This document shows positions 35,587 to 49,242 of a stretch of 64,000 bases of DNA, one piece after another; position 1 is the first letter of the stretch; each line of letters begins with the position of its first letter. The position numbers and the translations under genes are program-made. The notes beneath the pieces are model-generated. The model worked only from the letters and a program-made list of their open reading frames with translations. It was not told the origin of the DNA and made no database searches. Location: contig RHPI01003369.1 in NCBI GenBank assembly GCA_009103225.1, forward strand, positions 17,896-81,895, read 5' to 3'. The stretch is from Chlorokybus atmophyticus (taxonomy: Eukaryota > Plantae > Mesostigma and Chlorokybus algae).

Positions 35587-38542
35587 GTGCATGCGGCCAC
35601 TAATGAGCCACCTGCTGAGCGTGCATCAATGCCAACTTTATTGCTCCTGCTAGGTGGAGTGAAGAGAAAGGGAGCGCATGTTGTGACAGTCGCAACTTCT
35701 GCCGTCAGGCGTCTTCTTCAGCATGAACCACCTGCCAGCTTTTCTTGTTGGGCAAATCCAAGTCACAACAAGTACTCGCATACGCTGTGGGAGCAAGTTG
35801 TCGTGGATGTAGAGGACCTGAGCTTTGCTACTGAGGACGAGCTTATGCGCATGGGCATTGAATGCAAGTCGCATGCTAGGAAAATGTTTGCAACTGCGCA
35901 GGGCGATGTAGCTTACCGCAACCTTCAATTGATATCGGTAAGTCTATCCAAGTTGAATTTTACTTGTTAATGTGCAGCCTTGCTTGCATTCACGCAATTC
36001 CATGCTGAACGCTTTCGGTATCTAACATTCGTGCTAGGTATGCAATGTGCATGTGTTAAAATCACAGATTGCTACGTGAGTTGATAAGCTTGCACAACAA
36101 TTTCAGAGAGGAGCGATTGTCACGTCCACGCATACGATAAGTGGGTAACGGGGGCTTGTGAAAACGCATGTCAAGTTCCGTGATTGCGATGAGTTATTGG
36201 AGCTAAGCGAAGCTTTCTACCAAACTTGACATGAGCATTGTGTTCAATTGTATGCGCTTCCAGACCAAATACGATACGCTGATATGAAGACAGGTGATGG
36301 TTACCGCAGGCGTCCACGTATGTACAACAACATAGGTTGCCTCGTACAGGCCATTCTGGCAACTATGAGCGACGCCCACCCAACTGGAGACTTTGTGCAT
36401 TGCAAACAAAGAGGGATTGAAGGTCTTGCTTCAGACATCGCTTCGTGTGGTTTCAAGGATGAGGTATGAATGCATCGGCTGTAACTGTTGATGCTTTGCC
36501 AAAGCATTCAGTGGATGTAACGTGTTTCATGTCTTGTAGGCCGCAAACTCCAGGTTGTTGCACTGCATGTATGTTGTGACAAGCATGTATTACTGCGTAT
36601 TACTGCTTTCGTATGTTGTGACAAGCATGTATACTGTTGTGACAAGCATGTATTACACTTGATGAATTTGAGACCTGCAATTGCATAAGCATACCGGGTA
36701 TGGCATAGACCAGTTTTGTGGACGTTAGCTCATAGGCAGCACACAGATGTTAACCTTATGTCTCATGCAACGATGCCGTTCCTTGTATCATATTAAGGTT
36801 GGAGAAGCTGAGTGCGTGTGGTTGCGCTGCGAGAGACGAGTGCAAGCGCGAGTGCTTTCAATTACAATGCATGCATTGTACGGGATGGTCCGCATCTGCA
36901 AGCGGCCGTGTTTCAGCATCAGCTCGGTGCATCAGACGCGGCTTGGTTCATGCATGGTTGCTCACTTCAGTATGCCGCCACGGATGGGCTGTGTGAGATA
37001 GACACATTATCATCGGGATTTAATGTATAAATATCAGTATGATGCTTTGTCATGTCACACGGTCATTTGCATGTTCCACCAATTGCATGCAAGAATGAGG
37101 ATCCGTGGAATGTTGCTCTATTATAGTGGAGTGTTACTCTATCATGATAAGGTTTGCGGGAATTGGTATTCTGCTGCCACCTAGCCTTGCACTGTAAAAT
37201 TGAGGGCGCGGTTGAGGCGGTGATGGCCGTGCGCGTTATCACGCGGAGCGGGTACAAGTGCAACCTGATAGTGGACTACACACTTGTGAGGTGGTTACGG
37301 CGCTTGGCAGGGGCGTGTGTGCTATGCGAGGCGTTGCGCGGGCTAAACACTTTTAAAACATGGCAATACGTGCTGAAGGTTTGCCCGCGTGTCGATGATC
37401 TTCTTGCTGACAGGCGCATGCTCATTAAAACGAAAAATTAGAGTAAGGCACGTGCAACGCACGTACAATATGCAAAGAAGCAGTTGTAATGGGGAAAGAA
37501 GCTATTCCATTTTATGCAATGTAGCAACATCGAAAGTGCTGGGGTACTCTAGTCTTTAATAGAGATGTAGCAATTGTATAGCAACTCTTATGCAGTTATG
37601 CAGAGTATTGAATGTTATGTTTCAAGCATAGTTTCCTCATCAATGTAGAAACTATTGCCATGTGTGCACATGCATGCTAATAAAGCTTGGCTAGGGAAGC
37701 TATGTGCTTTACGTTTGGCCTCTTGAAGGTCAACACGATATCATTGTTTGCGGTATGTGAGTGGAACGAGAAGTCATAGTCCTCCTACATCTTGGCAAGC
37801 ACAGCCAAACCGGCTTGCCTACGCTACTTGCACATGGTGCCATTGCGCCATTGGGGTTACTAGGCGGCTCCAGCACTCGTGCAATGCTGGTTGAAGCAAG
37901 CATCATGCTGACACCATTGCTCGGGCGCCCTATGCATTGGAAAGGTGCAAGACTCCTTCCAGTCGTCGAACCATCTGCGCTCTTACAATGTCTGCCGATG
38001 TGCTTAAAAGCCTAAACTTCTGGCATGCCAATGGAGTTCTTCACAACGATGTGTGTCCCGACAACATCGGCGTCGTGGAGGGGCTATCATCGTGTTGCTG
38101 AGCGCACTATTTGTACGACATTAGCACTGCCAGCTGTGCAGCTTTGGGCTGAGAGCATGAAGAGATCTTACAAATGTATTCATCCACTGGATGAATACAT
38201 TTGCATGGCATGCAATGAATGTTACACGGCTCCAACCCAGCATTTAATGATGGAGACATTGCGAGCTCTCATGTACATTTGTATGGCACAATCTGGGCAC
38301 GAGCCTCTACCGTGAGCCGGCGCAATCAACCGTGACATCCTCCAGTATCATGACTTGCGCTTCAACTTATGCGACATCCGGAGAGCAACCCTGTGCTGCA
38401 AGCGTGGCCGCCAAATTTGCAGGAAGTTGCCAAAGAGGTGTTTGCGCGTGACAATGGTATCATCACACTGAAGTATGAAGCCGATGAGCCGGTGCCAACG
38501 GGCGAGTGGCTGCGCTTGCTGCGCAGCGGCATCCACACATAG
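35587..38542 (+). pseudogene. Decayed SAM-domain + protein kinase gene (Crinkler/CK1-like kinase remnants)
   Basis: SAM-like segment KYSHTLWEQVVVDVEDLSFATEDELMRMGIECKSHARKMF (~35770-35890). Kinase remnants across frameshifts: GYGA.GRV (~37293), YVLKV, GLPTLLAHG, ADVLKSLNFWHANGVLHNDVCPDNI (~38000-38068), YLYD, ETLRALMY and GHEPLP*. In-frame TGA at 38099, 38150 and 38313. Confidence 0.65.
36572..36653. repeat. Short imperfect tandem repeat, 3 x TGTTGTGACAAGCATGTAT
   Basis: Copies start at 36572, 36614 and 36635. Confidence 0.85.
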
Positions 38543-39284
38543 GTGGAGCCCACTCCCCCGCTAGAGCAGTAGAAGCTGGATGGGTTGACAAAGCTCATTG
38601 ACCTGCGTAACATTGTTCTCGATGTTCAATGAAACATGAGCTGAGCCGTTGGGTTTTATGCACACGCCTGCACCTGGGTGCCTTCTCATTTGATTTGAAA
38701 GTAGCGACAATCTCACCTTCCTTGTGCACACCAACTTTATTGCCTGCAACCTGTAGCATTGTATGCACACCATAAAATGCATGGTATGTTAACGACAAAA
38801 CATGCCAAGATTGGTTCATCTTACACACAATATGTGTACCCGAACGCAACGATGCACTGCATTGAAACTGTTAACAAGCAGTCCTATGCGCATGCCTGCT
38901 GGAATTCTGAAGCCGCCATGGCCAAAGCATACACCTCGCAGGCACGAACGGAGCACATGCACCCCAATGCAGCTCATTGCACCAAGCGCTTGCAGGGTGC
39001 CATGCACCCACATTCTATTGAACACACACATTTAAGCATTCAAAGCGCACGACAGCGTCTCAACAGTGCTCATAACGATATGTGTGGCTGCTTGAGCGTT
39101 GTGTAAGACATCATCGCGAGGTTACAGCTGTGCCAAGTTACTGCCACCTTGTGGCGTGCAAGGTGGTTGTGAATTCCGAGCAGCCAGCACAACCCGGCAC
39201 TGACCAGGACCACATGATGCATCAAGGCATGCCAAATCAATACTCGTTATACACGCAGATATGTAGAAGTAATGTACCCTAGTG

Positions 39285-42233
39285 CTAGTGCCAATCGCGT
39301 GAGCGCTCTCGCACAGGAGACGTGCGACGATAGTCTCTGTCTCTGTCCCTGTCCCGATCCCGGCCCCTTTCCCGCTCCTTATCTCTATCATAACCATAAT
39401 CCCTGCACGCCAGAGAACGGTTCATACCAGTAACTCTTATACCAAGTGTGTGTGTGTGTGCCATGCTGGTCGACACCATTCCCTTAAAAACAACAAATGT
39501 GCCAACTCTCTGTGTAACACAGCTTGTCATGCACGCAATAGGCAGTAGGCCAGCTTGAACTAACTTCAAGAAGAACAGCAGGACGCAGAAATACCCCTCT
39601 TACCTGTCGCGGTCACGACTGCGACTTCTGTCTCTCGAACGCGACCTCTTTCGCTCACGCTCTCGCCCCCCTTCCCGGTCTCTGTCCCTGTCCCTGTCCC
39701 TGTCCTGATCCCAATCCCGATCCCGATCAGAGTCGCGCGCTTGAGCTGCATCACGGTCATAATCATCCCGCGACACGTCTTTGCCACGGTAATCGCTGCT
39801 GGGAGGTTCGGACGCAGTATTGTTTGTGTGGTTATGGGTGTTCGTGGCGGCTGATTGCGATGGTGCCTGTTGTGCCTGCTGCAGCAGCTCCTCCTTGTGC
39901 TTCATGCGGTACTTCTTCTTGAGGTTGCCAAACTCGTCGTACAGCTCGCCATCATCCTGAAACCAGAACAAGACTTATAGGTCAGCAAACCAATAGCATG
40001 TCCTTCTTGCAATTTGTTGTAATCGTGTGCTTGCATGCCCAAATGACACAAACCTCTTCGCGCAATTTTCGCCGCCGTCGTGCTTCCTCCAGCTCCGCCT
40101 CGTCCAACTCTTTGAAGCCGCCGCCACGCCCTCCGCTGTTGCACACAAGAGGTATGTTGTCGCGCATGCATGCGTGGGTGCATGTGGGTGTGCCTTCGTG
40201 CATCTTGCGTACGTCTATGCAAGTGAGAAATATAATATGCTTCAATTCTTGCACGTACCGCTGCTCATTGATGCCGCCGGGTTTGGATGTGTTGCAGATG
40301 TTGCATTTGGCACGCTTCGCCCAGTTCATGTTGCTGCACCTGCAACACACAAGTATGACCAGAGAGCTTCGCAAAACTCAATCAACAAGGGTTTTTAGGG
40401 TGATGATGCACCATGACATGTGCGCTTACATTGGACACGCCCAGTCTCCAGGGCCAAACAGCGGCTTTCTCCCAAACTCAGGTCCTCCATCCCCTCTTTG
40501 CCCTGCACACATATGCACGTGACCACACGCGCACACACGCGCGCGCAAGTACACAGATACGAACATCACCACAGCAACACCCGACTGGACACCAAAACAA
40601 CCCCCAACAATCAAACAGGCAAAACCAAATCCGCACAAAACGACCACACGCACACAGCAACAGCACTGACCACACTACAACCTTTTGTTCTCACCTCTCC
40701 CCGCGCCGCGTCCCATGCCACCCGTTCCCCCTCCCCTCCCTCTCCCCGCCCCTCCCGCGCCGCCCGCCACGCCGCCGCCGCCACCGCTCGGGCGACCCGT
40801 GCCGCAGCGGTTGCATTGGCCGCGGAAGGCAAAGTTCACGTTGCCACAACTGCAAAGGACGCCAACATGAATGCTGCAAGTGTGCTGAGCACTAGATCTT
40901 GTGGTCATGTGGATGTTAGCACAATTGCTATGCAAGCTGCTTTGGGTATGTCATAGTGTACATTTGCCATTGCTCTTACCTTGGGTTAGGACACTGCCAG
41001 TCGCCATCTTTCTGCCATTCAGGCTTGGCCCCATCAGCTCCCATACCTGCTGCTGATATAACCGTGTCAAGAGCCCGAACCCACAATCACTGCAAGCACA
41101 ACCACACCTTCGAAGACTCACTCACCTGGTTGTTCTGAGTACTCCGGCTGTTGTGGTTGTTGTATTATGGGTGCAACGGGTGCTGGAGCCTCTCCTTTTC
41201 GCTGTGCAAGCGACACCTGTGCAAACATACACATGTGTGTGCGTACATGCGCGCGTGGATGCATGTGTGTATGTATGTGTGCGTGTTTGCGAGCTCGACA
41301 CTGCTGGTGCGCTTGAAGAAAATGCAATGTCTAAATGTCTGTCACTGTTTTGCATGCCCTGCTTCTGTATAACTAATGAAGCAGCACCTGGAGTACACTT
41401 CCAAGGAACTCCTTGTTGTTGAACCACTCCACTGCCGCGCCCGCTGCATACGGGTCCTGCATGTAGATGAACAGTTTTATGTCCATTCAACCAACAACAT
41501 CATGTAGGATAGGGCAACAATCACACACTGAGCTTGACAGGCGCCAGCGTGCATGCTCATCAGTTTGGAATGCTGATAACCAACCACTCACAACTACTTG
41601 GACAAAAGGGCAACACAAGCATTGCACACAGAACGCAAACAGCAGAAGCAACAACAATAAAGGAACGGCAACAACACTTGCCATGTAGCTGACAGTGCCG
41701 TCGCCCTTCAGTGCCCCTGTGGCCTTATCTCTGCAGCACACAATTGTACGTAATCAAACTACGCAACGTTGTTCGCAACGCCCTAGTTATCCACCATGCA
41801 GACAATGCTTGGATCTCACAAAGCCAAGAGCAAGTGCAAAAATGAGTCAGTTTGCCAGAATGATAGCATTTATCTGATTTAACGCAGGATGACATGTTGT
41901 GCACAGCCGTCCAAACTCGCAGCCACACATGGCACTTATACATGCAAATCACCTGTACAGCCATATCTTAGGCAGGTTGGTCCGCCTGTCCATCTGTTCA
42001 AACACATTGTACAATTCAATTCGGCACATGGCAGATAATTCATGCATACCGTCCAACAACGGAGAATGAAGCAGCCATCAGAAGCCAACAGGCAAGCGCA
42101 TAACATATTGCACTCGCACACGCACCTTGAGCATGCCTATGGTGGCGAACAGCTCCGCCAGGTCCTGTTCCCCCGCGTGCGGCGGAATGCCGGACACATA
42201 CACCGTGTCCGAGGGGGGCGGAGGCTCCTGCAT
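39285..42233 (-). CDS. TAF15: TAF15-like RNA-binding protein (RRM + 2 RanBP2 zinc fingers + RD/RS tail), multi-exon
   Basis: Exon 1 MQEPPPPSDTVYVSGIP...FATIGMLK; RDKATGALKGDGTVSY; DPYAAGAAVEWFNNKEF; NVNFAFRGQCNRCG; LFGPGDWACPM-CSNMNWAKRAKCNICNTSKP; DDGELYDEFGNLKKKYR. Collinear with Arabidopsis TAF15 as I recall it. Confidence 0.92.
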
Positions 42234-42964
42234 GGCGACCGACTGCTTCTACTCTTCCTCCACCGCCGCCGCCGCAGCAAGGCGGTAAAACGCCAACTGC
42301 TGTTAGGGCTGCAGTTAGTTAGCCTCGCGACCAGGTTGAAACCGGTTCCGCTAACCGCGTGGCCTAACGGAGGCAGTGCTTTCCGGCACGGCGGGCAATC
42401 GTTTATTCAATTTATGAAGTTTGTTAGCCTTCCCCGCAGTCGATAGCACATTTACTCATCACCATTTCATTTCATTAATGTGCTCGTAACCGCAACGCAT
42501 TGTCCATGGTAAAGCTTGCTTCAGCAGAAGTGGCCAGTAAGCATGCCACAAATTTCTGCCCTCTAGAGCTTTGTGCACGCATTGAGTCCGGCCATTCAAC
42601 ATGACTGCCGCTGTTAATATTGAAACCTGCCGAACCTGTCGCTACCTGCATGACATCAACAACACGTGTCTGCACATACAACTTTTTGTGTTGCTTCTGG
42701 CTGAAAACATGAGCGCACTTGCATACGTAACTCATGCATTTGCACCCACATGCAAGCCACATGAACTGGCTGGTTGTTGTGTACAGAGGCCTGAGGCCCC
42801 GCGTACTGCTGACCAGTCATGGCCGCAACACCGTGTTACATACGCACACAAGTGTACAACACCTCGGCACGTTGTACGCTTGGGTAAGCTAGCCACCTAC
42901 AAAAACAGAAACCGAACAATGCCTAACACATTGCCACAACAACGTAGTCTACAATATCTACAAC

Positions 42965-44754
42965 TCACGCATGCGTGCGCGGGGGAGGCAGCGGTATCCT
43001 CTGCCCTATGCGAAAATGCGCAACAAAACTCGCAATAGCATCAGCTGTGCGTGCCGGCTCATCTTCCTGGACTGCATGTCCAGCTTGTGGCAATACCACA
43101 AGTTGAAACTTGCCTTGCATCTGCGCTATGGTGAGCGGGCGATCGAGTCTATCCGTCCCCGCTAAGAGGAGTAGTTTTGGCGCTGAAACAGAAAGAAACA
43201 ATTCACTCATGCCCGCATACCAACCATGCCAGAAGGGTTCGCTCTTGGCTAAGTCTGTTCGCCACGTGTACTTAGTGTGGGTTCCTTGTTGTTGGGTGAG
43301 TTGGGACGGCATGGAGACGCGCGCGGCCTCGACGTTGCGGCAGTGGGCGGCGGAACCGCGGACGGCCCACTCGACGGCTTTGGGTAGAGAGGGGAAGGAG
43401 GAGGGACGGTTGGTGATGATGCCGCGCATCAAAGGAAGAGCGGCCATCGCCGTGCCCTGACATGTAATAAGGTGTGAGCATGTGTGTGTGTGCGCATGCG
43501 TGCATGCAAGCGCTGCATTGAAGGTGTACGTACGTGCGCATGTGTGTACATGTGCGCGTGAGTGTTTGTGCGTTCACAGCTACATGCGCCCACGCATGCA
43601 GGCATGTGCCTGAGCACGTGTGCGCATGCATGCGCGGGGTTCACATGATTGTGTGCATGAGTCAGCGTGTACATGTGCATGCGCGTTGGTGTGTGTAGGG
43701 AACACTTTCCACACATTGCAGCTTTCCGCACGTACAAGCCATGTACCTCGACGACATCTATGACGACCAGGGCCGCTACGGAAGGAAGATTGCGGGAGGC
43801 CGCAGCGCGCGTTGCAATGGCGCCACCGAGGCTGCATTCGAACGCGAGTATGAGTACATGCGTGCAGCTGAGGCTGCATAGCAATATGTACGCAAATGCA
43901 ACATAATTCCCCACCCCTGCAAGTGCAACATGCACACGTGCAAACACCTTATTAACCTCAAGACTTAACAGCCAAACAGATCTGCAAGCGTATGTGCATG
44001 CATCATCGTGCCACTTGCATGCATGCAAGTGACTTGATTGATGCATACAAAACTTGCACGAGCCAAACCACACCAGTACTGTATGCAGCGCTACAAGCAA
44101 CACAATGCATAGCAAACATGCGCAAACATGCACACGCACATGCACGTGCATGCACCTGTGGCCAACGAGGAGGATGGGCGGCGGAGGCTTGGCGTCCCCT
44201 ATGAGTACACGGATGACGTTGATAAGGTCGTCGGCGAGTCGGTCGGCACTTAGGTCGTCCTCGCTGGCGGTCTCGGTGGCGCCATGAGCTCGGAGGTCCG
44301 GAGCTGCGATGGCGAGGCGGCGGCCGTCCTGCTGGGCGCCGGCGGCGAGGGCTCGAGCCACAAGCGCCCACGTCAGCCCCGTGTAGCCGCCGCCGTGCAC
44401 AAGCACAACCAGCAGCTCCGGGGCCGCCGCCGCTGCTGTGGCCTGGTCATCCTGGCTAGCAGCAGGCGGGGTGTAGTACACCCTGAAGACGTCCTTGTGA
44501 TCGCCCTTCTCTTGCCCGTCTGGGGCAACCACAGGGACGTCCCTGGCCTCCTGGAAGTAGCTTTGCCAGGACAGGGGGCTGTAGTCACTGTTGCGCCTGG
44601 TGACGCCGCCTGTGGGAGAGGCGGGAGGAGGAGGAGGAAGCCCGCCCTCCGCAACGGCGCCGAGGGCGGCAGCGTTGTTCACCACGGCCCTGCGTAGCAA
44701 GCCCGCCCCGGGCGGCCCCTCCGCGCCCACGGCGGCGGGCGGCGGCGGCCGCAT
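42965..44754 (-). CDS. PPME1: Protein phosphatase methylesterase 1 (alpha/beta hydrolase), multi-exon
   Basis: LVVLVHGGGYTGLTWA, DLRAHG, LLVGH|SLGGAIA (nucleophile motif split by an intron), YTWRTDL..SEPFWHGWYAGMSELFL, LLLAGTDRLDRPLTIAQMQGKFQ, GHAVQEDEP. Confidence 0.95.
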
Positions 44755-44907
44755 GGAGAGCAGGCCACTGCCACGTGGCACTTCCACACACCTGGCCAAG
44801 CAGTAGGGTTAGGGTTGGGTCAAGTCACGTGATTGCTAAATTAGGCTTTACTGTGAGCAGAGTGTGCCACGTCGTCGTGTTGGCCCTGAGCAGCGGCGTC
44901 GGCGGCG

Positions 44908-45238
44908 ATGGCGGCGGCAGCGCCGGGTTCGCCGCCATCAATGTCGGAAGGCAAGCATCAGGGTGGTGGTGGGAGGAGTGGTCATGGTGGAGGAGGTGGA
45001 GGGTCTTCGCCTCCTGGGACCGCGACGGCTCCCTCCTGGTCGCCGACAACCACCAGGGGCGCCGCGTGGCGAGGACGGGCGGCAGCGGAGCGACTGCGAG
45101 CCGGAAATGCAGCACTCAAGGAAGAGGTAGCGTTGGAGAAGAGGTGGGGGGCACTTCCATCAAACCCATCCGCCACAGCACAGGTAGGCTGTGCGCGTCT
45201 GTGTTGCACGCTTGCATTCTGCAGCATTGGGTATGTGC

Positions 45239-45270
<32 letters not shown>

Positions 45271-47258
45271 GCTAAGGCACCTAAGTCATATCACCATATT
45301 TGACAAGCGAAACTTTCTTAGTTGTTGACAACCAGGACTACGACACTAATGTTACATACACTTGTGTGCAGGTTGTTCGTTTGCAGGAGCAGGCAGACGC
45401 CTTCACCCGCCGCATCGAGAGCGAGAAGCGGCGCGTCGCCGAACTCGACAAAGCCATCTCCGCCGTGCAGTCCCGCATCCTTGACCAGCGGAAGCGCATG
45501 GGCGGCGTCAACGCCGCCCGCGAGTCCAACGCCGCCATTGCCAAGCAGGTCAAACTCCTCGAGAACCGCCTCGACAAGGCTCTGACCAAGTACAACGAGT
45601 CGGTAGCTGCCAACCGACGCTTGCGCGAGAGCATCGACGGGTTGAGGAGAGAGAGACTTGTCTTTGATGGGATACACAAGAAGCTGGAGAAGGAGCTGGC
45701 GGATAGGAAGAGGGAGATGGCCGCTATCATAGAGACGAGTAACCTTGCGTATGAGGCCAGGGATGCGGCGCTGCAACAGATGGCGCAGCTCAAGGCGCAG
45801 GCGGAGAGAGAGCAGCAGGCGTTTGAAGCGGAGTGGAGAGAGTTGGGGAGACTCATTGATCATGATCATAGGATGGTCGTCGCCGGAGGAGGGAGCAACA
45901 ACAACAGCAACGTTGCCAACAACACCAACAGCCACAACAACGCCAACAGCCACAACAACAACACAACAACCATCAATAACAACAAGGGCGAGGACAGTGA
46001 GCACAAGCAGGAGGGTGCGAGCAATAATGGCAACGGCAACAACAACAGTGAGGAGGAGATGAGACTCAGGAAGAAGGTTATCAAGGGCAACTGGGCCATC
46101 GCCAAGGACAAGGCCGCCCAGGCTGTCTCTATGGAGAAGGTTCAGAGCTACGGCGAGGCCTTTGCTCGCATCCAAGCCGCCACAGGCATCGCTGAGATAG
46201 AAGAGTTAGTCGCCACATTCGTCGCAGCAGAAGACCAGAACTTCAGCCTATTCAACTACGTCAACGAGCTCAATGTTGAGGTGGAGAAGCTCGAGGAAGG
46301 CATCGCTGAGCTGAGAGCGGAGATAGACAAGTACAAGGGACAAGGCGTGTCCACGGACAACGCTCGCAAGAAGATATTGAAGGAGTTGGAGGAGAGGTTG
46401 GCCAGGACGGAGGCGAGAGCTGAGGCGTATGAAGCGAGGCATCAGGCGGCTTTGCGTACTGTGGCGGCACTGAAACAAGGCATAGCGCATCTGTTTCAGA
46501 GAATTGGATGTAACACGCCGCACGCGCATGATTTGTTGGGAGACTCGGGAGTAACAGACTCCAACCTGATGCAGTATCTGGGTATCATTGAACAGAGAAC
46601 GAATGAGATACTGCAGATGTACGCTTCGGCAGCCTTTGGCAATACCAACATCGATCCCAACAACAACAACAACACAACGATATCCTCCTCCAACAACAAC
46701 ATGTTGACCTCCATCTCTTCCTCCTCCAACAACAACCCAACATTTTCCCCCAATGCTGCAGCCCTCGTGTCTATCTTGGGTCAAGGCCCACACGTCCCCG
46801 CGGGTGCGCCTCCTATTACAATCAACCCACCGTCTACGACAAACACGGATGGCGAGGACATTGATGACAACGCCAGCGATGCCGGGATGGATGGCGACAA
46901 CAATGAGGACAATGAAGACAACAACAACAATGGTGGTAATCCTCGTGGGTATAATCGTCCTCTTACGCGTGAGGAGCTGAAGGCGAGAGCTTTGCGTGCG
47001 TTGGGGAGGCACGATGGCGTGGGTGGGAATAGTGGCAATGTGGGTGGGGGTGGGAGTGCGGGTGCGGGTGGAAGGAGTGGCAATGCTGGTGGTAATGGTA
47101 ACAACAATGGTAATAACAGCAACAATGGGCGGCGTGCACTTGATAGACGCAACACGCTCGCCAGTAATGCTGCCAACAACAATGCTATTGCGTATGCGCA
47201 AGGTGGGAACAGTAGGGCTCCAGCCGGCGTGCAGGCCGCACCTGCACGCACAAACTGA
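44908..47258 (+). CDS. ODA1: Outer dynein arm docking complex subunit DC2 (ODA1/CCDC114-like), 2 exons
   Basis: Exon 1 ends ALKEEVALEKRWGALPSNPSATAQ. Exon 2 coiled coil RMGGVNAARESNAAIAKQVKLLENRLDKALTKYNESVAANRRLRESIDGLRRER...FEAEWREL, NFSLFNYVNEL and MQYLGIIEQRTNEI match Chlamydomonas DC2 as I recall it. Asn-rich inserts. Confidence 0.92.
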
Positions 47259-47916
47259 AGAAGAGTTGTGTTGGTTTGCTAGTGTAATGTGCAATTGCTG
47301 TACTCGCTATATAAGAGTGACATTGTTGTCTAGTGTATGTATCTGTGTCCCATACTGCTCTCCAATGTGGTATGACGTTGTTAGAATCAGAGTGTGTTGT
47401 GATGCCTTGCGTGTGTACATGGCAGTGAAACAACCAATGAGGGGCACTACTAGTTTTACTGCATTGCAGTACTTGCTGTGCTCCATACACATTGGGTCTT
47501 CTTGTGTATGTTAAGCGTGGTATAGTTGCCTAGCATAGTCCGTGGTATTGGCTCCCGCTGGTACGCAGGCCGCACCTGCATGCGCTTGAGGAAAAGTTGT
47601 GTCAGCGTGCTAGTATAGTATGCAATGCTGCTTAGTCTTTATGCACAAGTAACATTGTTGTCTCATGTACGTATGTGCGTGACGTGCTGCTCTTTGTGCT
47701 AACATTGGAATGAGAATGTGTGATGTGATTCATTTTTTGGTGTCCACATATACGTATGCCAATGAAACATACAATCAATGAGTGGCACTTTTGCTGTCAT
47801 AATTGCAACGCAATCTGCTCTTTGTCACACATTGCACTGATTGTCTGCTAGGTTGTATACATGATTGGCTTTCTACCGCTGTCTAGCATAATCCCTGACA
47901 TCAACTGAGTACCATA

Positions 47917-49211
47917 CTACACATATTGCAAAGAGCGCTGCAGGGCTTCCACCTCCGCCGCCGACATCGCCGCCAGAGACCGCAGTATCGCATCCCCGCC
48001 GAGGTCAATATCGACTACGGCCTCCGCGCCATTCAAGGAGTCCGCCACCTGACGCCTGTAGCCGATTGACACAGCATAAGAACAAGCACACGTTGGAGTG
48101 GCTGTATGCAAACAAGATGAGTGTGACACACGCACCCGTGTGCACAGATACACGCACGCACGCACGCACGCCTACCTTTCCCTCTGCCTCATCGACTCCC
48201 CCCACTTCTCTCTCCCCGCGCTTCCTCTCACACTCATCCGACACGCATTGATGTTGCCGTTATCCTCTCCTTTCACCACACTCCCCACACTCCTCCTGGT
48301 CTGTTTGCTCCACCCCACGCCCTTCCCGCCCTCGCCCGCGCTCCCGCGGACGGCCTGGACGTGGAGCTCACCGTCGGGGAATACAGAGACCTGGTCAGAG
48401 AGATGGAGGTTGTTTACTACTATTGAGGTTGAGATTCGAGTGTTGTTTTGTCAAGTGTGTGTGAGAGTCTTGCCTTGTCTAGTGAGAGCCTGTCGATGGA
48501 GTACATCACTGTCGGGTCTGCCACGCCCTTGGCCAGCACCTAAGGGGAGAGTCTTGTTGGCAAGAAGTTATGCTTGACTATTGCAAGAAGACACACTTGC
48601 AAAGAGGGATTGCAGTTGGTGACCATGTGGTTTCCTGTGCTTACGTCCTGTTTCATGACCCTGGTGAGCGAGTTGAAGCTGGAGGCGCCTTTCACGAGCA
48701 GCTTGTTACGCTGCACGTGGTTCTGAACACACAACACAACACGACGTGATGTTGGTTACCTCAATCAACTCAAACCTTCTACAACAGCAGCAAACGACGA
48801 TGACGACGATGTTGTCGCTAAGGTCGCATCAGTGAACATATGCCCCACCACCACATAACAAACCAACTCCCTCTCACCCCGGCTAGCAGTTCCCTCTTCA
48901 ATCTATCCAGTTCGCCCTTCTGTTCCCGTTCCCTCTCCCTCCCCTCCACATGCTGCGTCCTCAGCGCCCTCAGCAGCCTCGTCAGCGAGTCCCGTTCCGT
49001 CTCGAGCGTCTTGCCCGCCGCCTGCAGCTCCGCCACCCGCGCCCGCGACCAGTCGCCGCTGTCGATGATGCGGGAGAGGCGGTCCAACTCGGAACGGAGA
49101 CGGGCGTTCTCGGACTCCAAGCGAGAGGCGCGCTCGGTTGTTGACATGGAATGCTCGTCGCGCTTGAGCTGGAGAAAGGAGCGTGGTTAGATGGAGGCAT
49201 GGTGGGGTAAC

Positions 49212-49242
<31 letters not shown>

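Noticed and set aside
45318-47294. Long antisense ORFs (285 aa, 348 aa) opposite ODA1, and similar shadows opposite pol and ALB3
   Set aside because: They are shadows of GC3-biased or low-complexity sense coding sequence, with no domain features.
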